Assembly (NCBI GenBank): GCA_019828565.1
Contig: JAHDYR010000006.1
Span: 124,001 to 188,000 of the forward strand
Direction of reading: 5' to 3'
Source: Carpediemonas membranifera BICM
Taxonomy: Eukaryota > Protista > Fornicata
Length of the DNA stretch: 64,000 nt
The position numbers and the translations under genes are program-made. This document shows, in pieces, positions 50,696 through 60,033 of this stretch; the stretch's first letter is position 1; every line of letters starts with the position of its first letter. The notes under the pieces were generated by a model. The model ran no database searches. It saw nothing but the letters and a program-made list of their open reading frames with translations, and had not been told where the DNA came from.

Positions 50696-52699
50696 TTAGA
50701 GATCAGCGAGCACACTCTCGTCGACCCGCTGAGCCATCGTCACCTCCATCCCACTCGCCTTGAGCTGGGCCCTGCGGATGGCCAAGTCAGCGTTGTCATC
50801 ACGCGCCCATGCTCTACGTGCCACGCCGTTACACACATCCCACTGCAGCATCTGGTCTGCTCTACGGTCAGCGTCGTCTGAACCGTCGAGCATGAGTCCG
50901 AAGCCGCCGTTCATGGCCAAACCCCAGCCAGTACCGCCGCCGTTGTGGATGGACGTCCACGTGGCACCCCTGAAGGAGTCGCCGATGACGTTTTGGATGG
51001 CCATGTCCGCGCAGGTTTGGGAGCCGTCATAAATGTTGGACGTCTCTCTGAAGGGCGAGTCGGTGCCGCTGACGTCATGGTGGTCGCGACCAAGGACGAT
51101 AGGGCCCTTGAGACGGCCATCGCGGACAGCGGCGTTGAACTCCTTAGCGATGTGGCGGCGGCCGAGGTCGTCGGAGTACAAGATGCGGGCCTGGGAACCG
51201 ACAACGAGCTTGTTCTCGCCCGCCTGGGTGACCCAGGTGAGGTTGTCCTTGTACTGGCCGTACGTAGGCTTGGGGCAGTCGTCGGCATTCATCAGGGTGA
51301 CAATGGCGTCGGCGGCAATCTTGTCGGTAAGCTTCAGGTCGGCAGGATCATTGGACGTGCAAACCCAGCGGAAAGGACCGAACCCGAGGCCGAAAATGAA
51401 CCCCATGACGTCCTGGACGTAGCTGGGGTACTTGAAGCCGCTATGTGTCGTGGCATCCTTGATGTTGGCTCCGGCCACGCTTGCCTGGTGAAGGAAGCAG
51501 TTTCCGTAGTCGAAGAACGCCATGCCCTTGGCCGTGAGCTTGTTGACCGCGTTAACATGCCGCACCAGCGATTCGTGCACCTTTTCCTTAAACTGCTCGG
51601 GTGACTCAACCATGAGTTTGTTGGCCTCGTCGAAGCTCATGCCGGCAGGGTAGTAGCCGCCCTGGTAGGGGTTGTGGAGTGACGTCTGATCGGACCCGAG
51701 GTCGACCTTGATGTCGTCCTCCTCGCCGAGTCTCTCCCACAAGTCGACGACGTTGCCCTCGTAGGCGATGCTCATGGGCTTCTTGGCAGCGCATGCCTTG
51801 CGGATCATGTCCATGAGCTCGTCGAGGTTGGAACTCGACTCCATCACCCAGCCCTGGTTCTTCCGCTTGAGAAGGGCGCGGCGGTCGACCTCGGCGACGA
51901 CGGTGACGCAGCCCGTGATCACACCAGCCTTGGGTTGTGCGCCGGACATGCCGCCCAGGCCAGCAGTAACGAAGAGTCTGCCAGCCGTGCCCTCGACCTG
52001 ATGGTACCGCCGGAAGGCGTTAAGGACAGTCAACGTGGTCCCGTGAACAATGCCCTGGGGTCCGATGTACATGAAGGACCCGGCCGTCATCTGGCCGTAC
52101 TGCGTGACGCCCAGGGCATAGCCCTTGTCGTAGTCGGCGGGGGTCGAGTAGTTAGGGATAACCATGCCGTTGGTGACAACAACACGCGGGGCATCGGGAT
52201 GGGAGGGGAATAGACCGTGGGGGTGACCACTGTACATGGCGAGGGTCTGCTGGTTGGTCATTGTGCAGAGGTAGCGCATGGTAAGAAGATACTGGCCCCA
52301 GTTCGAGAAGACAGAGCCGTTGCCGCCGTACGTGATCAGCTCGTGGGGGAACTGGGCCACTGCCTTGTCGAGGTTGTTCATGATCATCAGCATGATGGCC
52401 TTGGCTTGCTCGCACTTGCCGGGATACTCGCTGATGGCGTGAGCACGCATGGGGTAGGCAGTGGGACGGAAACGGTACATGTAAATATGACCATAGTCGT
52501 CGAGCTCCTTCGCAAACTCCTTGGCAAGCTCGGAGTGGAGCTTCTTGTCGAAATAACGAAGGGCATTGGCGATTGCAAGCTTGCGTTCATCGGCAGAGAG
52601 CTTAACAAAGCGCTTGGGGGCATGGGGAACGCTGTTATCGATGCCCGGGTGCTCCGGAAGCTCAGTGGGAATACCGTTGGTGAGAATGTCGAGGATCAT
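50696..52699 (-). CDS. UROC1: Urocanate hydratase (long, UROC1-type)
   Basis: GQMTAGSFMYIGPQGIVHGT, GLGGMSGAQ, SDQTSLHN, LGRDHHDVSGTDSPFRETSNI, HNGGGTG. Confidence 0.96.
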   Translation of the reverse strand: MILDILTNGIPTELPEHPGIDNSVPHAPKRFVKLSADERKLAIANALRYFDKKLHSELAKEFAKELDDYGHIYMYRFRPTAYPMRAHAISEYPGKCEQAKAIMLMIMNNLDKAVAQFPHELITYGGNGSVFSNWGQYLLTMRYLCTMTNQQTLAMYSGHPHGLFPSHPDAPRVVVTNGMVIPNYSTPADYDKGYALGVTQYGQMTAGSFMYIGPQGIVHGTTLTVLNAFRRYHQVEGTAGRLFVTAGLGGMSGAQPKAGVITGCVTVVAEVDRRALLKRKNQGWVMESSSNLDELMDMIRKACAAKKPMSIAYEGNVVDLWERLGEEDDIKVDLGSDQTSLHNPYQGGYYPAGMSFDEANKLMVESPEQFKEKVHESLVRHVNAVNKLTAKGMAFFDYGNCFLHQASVAGANIKDATTHSGFKYPSYVQDVMGFIFGLGFGPFRWVCTSNDPADLKLTDKIAADAIVTLMNADDCPKPTYGQYKDNLTWVTQAGENKLVVGSQARILYSDDLGRRHIAKEFNAAVRDGRLKGPIVLGRDHHDVSGTDSPFRETSNIYDGSQTCADMAIQNVIGDSFRGATWTSIHNGGGTGWGLAMNGGFGLMLDGSDDADRRADQMLQWDVCNGVARRAWARDDNADLAIRRAQLKASGMEVTMAQRVDESVLADL

Positions 52700-52994
52700 T
52701 GTGTTGTGGTCCAGTCGGGTCAATTCGAATGCATCTCGAGATTTGCGCTACTATATGACTCCATCATGCCATTATGGACAGTGAACGAGTGTGGGTTGCC
52801 ATTCAGCCCCTTTTTTGACCTCTGTAGGCAGCGATCGGGGTAGGCTTGATTCAGGACAAGAATGCCGCAATAGGCCAGGGTGGAGCCATGCGAGAGTTAC
52901 TAGCAACGTGTGCCACAGGAATTTAACATAAACGGGCATCCAAATGGCGTCCTGACCGTGTGTAAGCTGACGGTGTTCATCAACTCTCCCTGCA

Positions 52995-53741
52995 TTAGTC
53001 AGTGAATCTGATAGTCTCATCCGCAAAGATCTCGTTGTAGCATGCCGCCATGATGGTCGGGATGTCTTTCGCCAGGCTGACGTCTACCCTGGTGTTCTCA
53101 GACAGGTCCTCCAAGGTCTCGGTGAAGTCCGCCGGATCCGTTCCCATGTGATAGCCGAGCAGGGCCAGCTTGTGTGTCTTGTCAACTGCATTGACCTCTT
53201 CGAGGAAGTAAAAGCTCTGCACCGGCTTGCCTGGAGCCCGCACAGTCTCGGCTCGAAGAACACGGCGGCCGGGACCACTCGCACGTTTCATCCTGGCCAC
53301 TGGGTGGTCGGGACTGACGTATTCCGGGAGCCATCCGATCAAGGAGCCGACCTGATGCTGGAAGACCTTGTTGTCCCGCTTGGAAGTGTCCTCTGTATCG
53401 TGAATGCGGGCCTTAAGGTACTCTGCAAGCTTCTTTGTACGCATGAACTCGGTCTCGAGCTCGACTGGGGCTGCAGCTCCGTGTTGTTTGATGTCGGCGA
53501 GGCGGGCGCGGAGGGAGGCAGCTTCTTCCTTGAGAGCATCAAATTCTACCATATGCGCTTCATGAGCCCATTTGAGAGGGTTCTCGGACATATGCATGAC
53601 GATATAGGACGGAGCAGCTACCATCTTCATCGTCATCGTAGCTTCAAACGTGTTGTCCGTGCCATCTCCGTAGAAATCAGACAAATCAGCCTCAAGGTCT
53701 TCAATATCGATCACATCGTAATCCTCGTTGTCGCTACCCAT
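52995..53741 (-). CDS. Hypothetical protein
   Basis: About 250 aa from ATG 53741; the upstream in-frame extension overlaps the candidate omegaRNA and is probably non-coding. Confidence 0.65.
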   Translation of the reverse strand: MGSDNEDYDVIDIEDLEADLSDFYGDGTDNTFEATMTMKMVAAPSYIVMHMSENPLKWAHEAHMVEFDALKEEAASLRARLADIKQHGAAAPVELETEFMRTKKLAEYLKARIHDTEDTSKRDNKVFQHQVGSLIGWLPEYVSPDHPVARMKRASGPGRRVLRAETVRAPGKPVQSFYFLEEVNAVDKTHKLALLGYHMGTDPADFTETLEDLSENTRVDVSLAKDIPTIMAACYNEIFADETIRFTD

Positions 53742-53889
53742 CACAATGTGAAATACCGCCCTTCTTGCCCGAATTGTCAGTTTTGACCCAGGATCTGACT
53801 GACTGAGCGTTCGGGCAGCCCAGGGCCAGTGGGGCCGGTGTATAGTCAGGTATGTATAAGGGTTACCGCTTGTGCCGCGCAGGATTAGA

Positions 53890-54014
53890 ATTGTTGAGTC
53901 CAAAACACACAGTGATCCAAGCAGCATCAGGATCGCAGTGTGGTTCATCATACTCTATCAATCGTGCGCTGCATATCACGCGCGCTGTAGCGCGTGCTTG
54001 CTCAACTTAGCAAG
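53890..54014 (-). ncRNA. Candidate Fanzor omegaRNA
   Basis: Three hairpins immediately after the Fanzor stop: 53997-54014, 53977-53996 and 53906-53942. Confidence 0.45.
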
Positions 54015-55152
54015 TTAATGATAGCGAGGAAGAGCACCTCTCTGGGAGTCGTAGTGGAAAGGAGATTGCTCTATCTGATCTGAAGTTGCATCGTAGGTGC
54101 ACCAAAGGATGTTCTCGCTGGCGCTCTTATCTCGGTGAGAGAGATTGAGAAGCATGTCTCTCTGCTCGGGATGCCGACGTAGCCGTTCAACGCGCCATGG
54201 AGCTCGTCCAGCCTCCCTCGCACGCGGGATTCTGGCAGAGCATGGTGCGGTGTGTGTGCACCACACGTCTGAAGTGTGCTTTGCAGTATGGGCACACGAT
54301 GGAAGTGCGGAATTCGGAGACCATCGTGACAGTCACGACGACGTTGTGCCGGAGCATTATGCCAGGAAGTGCTCGAGCAAAGTGGCGGTACGGAGCACAG
54401 GAGGGAGTGCCGGCGGAACAAAACAGTGCAGCCCCATACGCGACTTCGAGGTGAATGGGCTCCAGGGGGCGCCCGCCGAGATCATCCAGGAGTTGACGTC
54501 CAGCCCGGGCGAAGTGCTTCTGACGCAGACAGTGATTGGCAAAAGTCGCACGGCGGAAACACTTTCTCGTCCCCTCGTTGATGTTCTGAACGATGTTCTC
54601 ATGGACAAACCTAATTGACTGTTTGAGAGCCTCTAGACTTGTCGTTTTGAACGATGCTGCGCTCATATTCACGCGGAAAGAGGGGGTGGCAGTGTAGCTC
54701 ACTCTGCCCGTCTGAGCGGCGGATCGTGTAGCCGCCCAGCGACCGAGCACCAGGGTCGAAGCCCATGAGAGCTTGAATGTCCGGGGCAGGAGTAGCCTCG
54801 GCGTCATCCTGACCGAGCCGAGCCCGCTTGTTGCTGTTACCCTTTTTGTACGTGGGCCGGTCAGCCACCCGACCGCCACCGTATTTCTCGCGACCCACCC
54901 AAACCGTCACAGCAACAGAGACCCCGTCAGTCTTCACAGAGAGCACTCTGCGGAGCTTGGTGACGTCCGTGAGACGCCGGCAATGGACGACAGATGAGCG
55001 CGTAACAGATTCCTAGTTTCTGCTGGAGCGAGAACCAAGATCCCGCCCAGAACCGTCGCTCTTACCATCGCCGACGCCCTCATGTCCGCTACCCTTCTGG
55101 TGTACGACAGGTGGGCCGTCAGACTGAACCTGTTCAGTCCTCTGGAGTTCAT
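54015..55152 (-). pseudogene. Fanzor1-like RNA-guided RuvC endonuclease, frameshifted and 5'-truncated
   Basis: Joined frames: SVKTDGVSVAV; LMGFDPG (RuvC-I D, 54755-54757); VAYGAALF; VSEFRTSIVCPYC (RuvC-II E, 54313-54315); CQNPAC; HRDKSASENIL (RuvC-III D, 54129-54131). Confidence 0.9.
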
Positions 55153-55256
55153 CCCAGGGGGGTCGACAGCTTAAGTCACCTTTACATGAATCCTCCACAT
55201 AAACCTCTAAATACCACACCGCTCCTGACATAAACTGCACTTTGAAGGAACCTCTG

Positions 55257-58200
55257 ATGGCCAGTGCTCGTGAAACGCCTGTCCTAAAGGCTCTTAGAGA
55301 GATCAAAGACTATACTGGTGCGTTTGACGACTTCCTCGATCGCATATCTGCGCTGTGCGTTGACCGTGACTCCGCCACGCAGCTTCTCACGATTTTGAGT
55401 GGAGAGAAGACAGTTGTGCAAGTAGAGACACCATCACTGAGCATTACCCTCACCATTGAGGCACTGGCTGGCGTTTTGAATAACATTCACCGCACAGACA
55501 CTGGGAGGCGCGATGGCGCTCTTAATGATCATGACGTACGCATTATTGCGGCCTCTGCAAGGCTGATCACAGCGCTCTGCCAGTATGACTTCGGATATGA
55601 GAAGATCAAGCAGCTCTGTGGCGAGTATTGCTTTGAAGCAGTCGTTCGAGCAGTCCTCCGCCCCCAGCCCGAGATTCCCCTCCCCATCAAGGCCGCCATT
55701 ATGGGTCTCGCCACCGTCCTGGCAGTAGAAGGCCGTTCCCGTGACCCTGCATCGCTTGCCCTTGACCTGCTGGACGTGGCCCGGCGTCAGTACACCGAGG
55801 TCGTCGAACGCGACGGCAACGTCGACTTCAACACAGCGCTGTGCGAGGCATTGACCACTTTCATACCTATCGCTACCCAGTCGGACAAGAAGCCGGACGC
55901 CCCCCGCCATGCCATGGCATACGTCGCCAGGTGTCTCGCCCGCCTCTCTTCAGTGCCAGCGTCGCCCGAGGCCCGGCTCAAATGGCTCACGCATGCGTGT
56001 CTGGCCCTAAGTACCGCGGTTGAGTGCCCCAAGGTCGAGGCTGCTGTACTCGGAGAGCTCACACGCGAGAGTCTGCGGGTGATGACGGTCGAGGCCGCCA
56101 GGGTCGCCCACGCATCCAGATCAGGCGCACAGCCCACCCAACAGGCCCTGTACTGCGTCCGTGCAATCGCACACCTCCTTGCCCTCCTCTCAGGCCGGGT
56201 CTCTGCCCGTCGTGGGCTCGACGCCGCCGTGGAGCTGTTCAACCTCTCCGTCTCGGGCACTGAGGTCGACGCCCTGCCCGCCCTCGTCGCATTTATAGAC
56301 ACGACCGTGGAGAAACCCGAGTCTCTCCGCTGGACGCCCAACATTGCCCCTCTCGCCGAGTCTGTGCTCAAGGTCGTCAAGTTCAGCATGACCCGCACCC
56401 CAAACGCCCACACATCCCTCTCCAGTGGCCCTCTCGCCCAGTCCAACCGCGAGAAACTTGTCGCCGCCCTCCAGTCGCCAGTTCTCTTCCCGATCGTCAG
56501 GGAAACCGTCACCGGGTTCGGGGGCTGGGTGCTGGGCCTCGACTCAGACATGGCCGGGGTCCGCCAGCTCTTCAGCACCCTCCGCGGGGACGAGGACACC
56601 AGCCCAGAGACCATGGCTCGGGTGTGGTCCATGGTCGTCGCCATACTTAGCTCCAGCAACAAGCGCAGGGGCCAGGCCGACCGTCTCCCCGCCCTGCCCG
56701 ACCTAGAGGCGCTGGCGATGGACTCCCTGGCACTGGCCCACCACAGGCTGACGGACCCCGACTACACACTGACTGCGGACCCCGTAGACGTCGCCCACCT
56801 CGCTGATGTGGCGGGCAGCGTGTATCTAGCAATCGCCCAGCTCCTCCACGCCGACCCCAGCCCAGCCCTGGCCCAGTTCGCCGTCAGTCGGCTGCCCACG
56901 GCGTTCCTCGGCCTCAGTGAGACGAGCGGCAGCACCACCCTCGCATACGGCACATACGCCCTGCTCGGCATGCTCGTGGCCCAGGACGCCGTGCCACTGG
57001 CCGACCTGCTCACCACCATTGAGGCCGTCCTCTACTGCCTCGGCGTCGGTCTCCACACCTCTCTGGCCGAGGTCCTGCCGACGATCTCCCAGGGCTTGAA
57101 GCGCGTGCTGGCCAACTCCACCGACGCCTTCGCCCTGTTCCCCGTGACGGCAGTGTTCAACTCCCTGACGGCGTACTTCTCCCTCGTCACGTCACTACCG
57201 CACGCCCCGGTCAGTGTCGTCAACGGCGTCCTCGGCGGGCTCATTGGCTTCCTGCACTACGCCTTTGGAGCCGCCCGCGCCGTTTCCCCGGTCCCCAATC
57301 TCTCCGTTGACCTCACAGCCCTCGTTGGCCAGGCTCTCAGCCCCGACGGCATGCCCGGGATCTCCCCTGTCATCGCAGCCCTCGTGCAGCTCTCCAAGGG
57401 TCCCGCCGGGCAGTGCCTGCTCGCTGCTGAGGCCATCACCCTCCTCATCCAGGCGGCTGGCACTCGGGCGGTGGCCGTGACTATCGCTGACGCCCTTCCC
57501 GTCCTCGTCGGGCGACTGGGCGATCTCGCGGTCATGACGCACGGGTCAGCCGAGGGTGCGGCCGACGCCCAGGCCGTGCTCGACATGCTCCACGTGCTGC
57601 AGACGATCATTGCATTCTCGGACCCCGACCTTGCCGTTGATTTGATCAAAAGCTCGAGGATTGTTGAGAAAATCTTCAGATCGTCAAGGCCTGGAGCCCC
57701 ATCCGTCTTCCACAAGCTCATTGGCGCTCTGCCCGTGGGTGCCCCGTCTGGCACCCTCGCGCACGTCGCGACACCCGCGGACTTCTACTACATCGCCCTG
57801 ACGCGGGTCGCCCAGCTTCTCTCGGCCATCGTCGCCCACCTTCGCTCCCCTGCCGAGCTCGCGGGTATGCTTGAGGCCTGCACCGCGATGATCACCCACC
57901 TTGCATGGGCCGACCTCCACTCGGGCTGCGACACCATCGCCGTGCAGCTCTCGACGGCTATGATGACCATCGCTTACTACTCTGTCGGCCACACCAAGGC
58001 CGGGGACATCAGAGCCGCTGTCGTGAGTCAGTACCCCACCGTCATCGCCCATTGCCTCGCCGCGTTGCCCGGCCAAGAGAACCAGGCGCCCATGGTCAAC
58101 CTCGTCGCGAAGTCGATCCGCGCACTTTATGCCTGTGTCGAATGGAACGTTTCCGAGGCACAGGTTCAGAAGCCTATGCCGCCCGTCGTCATGGAGGCGA

Positions 58201-58448
58201 CTAAGAACGCTCTTGCGCACTTTACAGTCCGCATTGACACGGAGCAGTTCACGCACGCGTGGGTCGACGTCATTGAGGCGGCTCTTATGGTTCTCTTCCT
58301 CTCCGGCGACGACTTCAAGGGCATGACCACCGTTGTGGGCCGGCTAACTGCCTGGTACGACTCTGTGTGTTCCTCGGACAGGGAGGCCTCTAAGTCGAGG
58401 CCGATGACTGTGCTGCACACGGTGCTGAACAGGGTCACGTCGGGATGA
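55257..58448 (+). CDS. Large alpha-solenoid (ARM/HEAT-like) protein, possibly Nup205/Nup192-like
   Basis: About 1060 aa, Ala/Leu-rich helical; family assignment tentative. Confidence 0.65.
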   Translation: MASARETPVLKALREIKDYTGAFDDFLDRISALCVDRDSATQLLTILSGEKTVVQVETPSLSITLTIEALAGVLNNIHRTDTGRRDGALNDHDVRIIAASARLITALCQYDFGYEKIKQLCGEYCFEAVVRAVLRPQPEIPLPIKAAIMGLATVLAVEGRSRDPASLALDLLDVARRQYTEVVERDGNVDFNTALCEALTTFIPIATQSDKKPDAPRHAMAYVARCLARLSSVPASPEARLKWLTHACLALSTAVECPKVEAAVLGELTRESLRVMTVEAARVAHASRSGAQPTQQALYCVRAIAHLLALLSGRVSARRGLDAAVELFNLSVSGTEVDALPALVAFIDTTVEKPESLRWTPNIAPLAESVLKVVKFSMTRTPNAHTSLSSGPLAQSNREKLVAALQSPVLFPIVRETVTGFGGWVLGLDSDMAGVRQLFSTLRGDEDTSPETMARVWSMVVAILSSSNKRRGQADRLPALPDLEALAMDSLALAHHRLTDPDYTLTADPVDVAHLADVAGSVYLAIAQLLHADPSPALAQFAVSRLPTAFLGLSETSGSTTLAYGTYALLGMLVAQDAVPLADLLTTIEAVLYCLGVGLHTSLAEVLPTISQGLKRVLANSTDAFALFPVTAVFNSLTAYFSLVTSLPHAPVSVVNGVLGGLIGFLHYAFGAARAVSPVPNLSVDLTALVGQALSPDGMPGISPVIAALVQLSKGPAGQCLLAAEAITLLIQAAGTRAVAVTIADALPVLVGRLGDLAVMTHGSAEGAADAQAVLDMLHVLQTIIAFSDPDLAVDLIKSSRIVEKIFRSSRPGAPSVFHKLIGALPVGAPSGTLAHVATPADFYYIALTRVAQLLSAIVAHLRSPAELAGMLEACTAMITHLAWADLHSGCDTIAVQLSTAMMTIAYYSVGHTKAGDIRAAVVSQYPTVIAHCLAALPGQENQAPMVNLVAKSIRALYACVEWNVSEAQVQKPMPPVVMEATKNALAHFTVRIDTEQFTHAWVDVIEAALMVLFLSGDDFKGMTTVVGRLTAWYDSVCSSDREASKSRPMTVLHTVLNRVTSG

Positions 58449-58963
58449 GGCTGGATCAATAGGTTAAACGGACGGCTTTTGCTGGTTGGATTTACATTGA
58501 TCTCCAGGTGCCCTAATGCTCACTCATTGATGGGCAGAATCATGTCTGACTTAAGAAGAGAGCAGGGAGGCAGGGCATTGTTGCGAAGTATTAGACAGTT
58601 GACTGACCATCACCCCCTGAACCAATTTGCCAAAACCTGCACTCGACGACTGCAGAAAAGACGAAACCGGCATCGTGAATTGTTGGAGCAGAGAAAGACC
58701 GATTTTGTAGCGCTTTATGCATACAAGCACTGATGCATATCAGATGCGGCTGGCCGGGGCCATTTTTCTTCTTCTTCATCTTTATGGAATTGGTGGAGCT
58801 ACAGCGAGAACAACTGGGTGGCCCTCAACCCGACTAGCTATGTTAGTATGACCGCGACCAAGTACATCGCCTGGTAACCCACAGATGTACATAACTCCAC
58901 CGTAAACCGTAAACGCTCACCACCAAATGACCTGGCTGTAGAACACAGTGACAAGCAAACAAC

Positions 58964-59884
58964 ATGAAGGTTCTTGTTACTGGAGGCGCAGGCTTCATTG
59001 GGTCTCACGTTTGCGAGCATATGCTCCGGGATGGCCACACGGTGATCGTGTTCGACAACCTTTCTTCTGGGAAGCTGTCCAACATCGATGGCTTGTTCAA
59101 TCAGTATCCGATCTCGTTTATTAAGGGCGATATCACGTCTGAGACCGATCTTCAGCTCATTCCCGCTTGCGACGCCGTCGTGCACCTGGCGGCGGCGATC
59201 TCGGTCATCGAATCGATGTCTAACCCCCGCAAGTACGAGGAAACGAATGTTGAGGGTTCCCGCAAGGTCTACGAGTGGGCCAAGAGCCATGGGGTGACAA
59301 CCATCGTCTCTGCGTCGTCTGCGGCCGTCTACGGCGACGCACCGCCACCTCTCGACGAGTCGGCGGCCAACGGCGGCCTCTCCCCATACGCCCAGACGAA
59401 GTTCGAGATGGAGAAGGTGGGACGCCAGTTTGAGTCGTTGAAGTGCCACTACCTGCGCTTCTTCAACGTCTACGGCCCCCGGCAGGACCCGACGTCGCCC
59501 TACACTGGCGCCATCTCCATATTCATGGACAGATCGACCACTAACCGCGACATCACCGTCTTCGGCGACGGCGAGCAGACCCGCGACTTTGTCAGCGTCT
59601 CTGATGTTGCTGCGGCCATTAAGATGCTCATCACCACCCCCGACCTCGAAAGGCAGACCCTGAACGTCGGCACCAGCTCAACCATCAGCATCAATGAGCT
59701 GGTTGACGTCATTCTCGTACTCACAGGCTCGAAGAGCAAGGTGACCCACGGAGATGAGCGGGCCGGCGAGATCAAGCACTCGTGCGCCAACACGGACGCT
59801 ATCCGCCGACTTGGCTGGGCCCCGAATGTGGAGCTGCGGGATGGTCTGGGCGAGCTCGTGGAGTGGTTTGTGGGCCAGCAGTAA
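58964..59884 (+). CDS. NAD-dependent nucleotide-sugar epimerase (UDP-glucose/GlcNAc 4-epimerase-like extended SDR)
   Basis: VTGGAGFIGSH, SSAAVYG, SPYAQTK, LRFFNVYGPRQDP, GDGEQTRDFV. Confidence 0.93.
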   Translation: MKVLVTGGAGFIGSHVCEHMLRDGHTVIVFDNLSSGKLSNIDGLFNQYPISFIKGDITSETDLQLIPACDAVVHLAAAISVIESMSNPRKYEETNVEGSRKVYEWAKSHGVTTIVSASSAAVYGDAPPPLDESAANGGLSPYAQTKFEMEKVGRQFESLKCHYLRFFNVYGPRQDPTSPYTGAISIFMDRSTTNRDITVFGDGEQTRDFVSVSDVAAAIKMLITTPDLERQTLNVGTSSTISINELVDVILVLTGSKSKVTHGDERAGEIKHSCANTDAIRRLGWAPNVELRDGLGELVEWFVGQQ

Positions 59885-60033
59885 ACTGCCGCGACTGTCT
59901 CTTTGCTGTTTGTGGGGGGAAAGGGAATGGAGTAGAATATGGTTATGGCAGGCTCGGCACGTCATACAGCGCTGCAGATGCCCTGTTTGGACCCCTCCAT
60001 CCATTTCGCAGATTATGTCATCATGATTTCGGA

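Noticed and set aside
53742-53951. Signal-peptide-like N-terminal extension of ORF 52995-53951
   Set aside because: It overlaps the hairpin region and its composition is unlike the rest; ATG 53741 is the more plausible start.
53800-55250. Transposase gene or terminal inverted repeats for the Fanzor element
   Set aside because: No DDE, HUH or recombinase motifs and no TIRs recognised by eye; the carrier transposon is unassigned.
55013-55306. Stop-codon readthrough at TAG 55013-55015 giving a longer Fanzor N-terminus
   Set aside because: The upstream peptide does not look Fanzor-like and overlaps the next gene's start. The 54934-55152 frame fits better, and TAG is a normal stop elsewhere in the window.
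58479-58733. Small basic ORF between the solenoid gene and the epimerase
   Set aside because: Short, with no motif and no coding-like bias evident.
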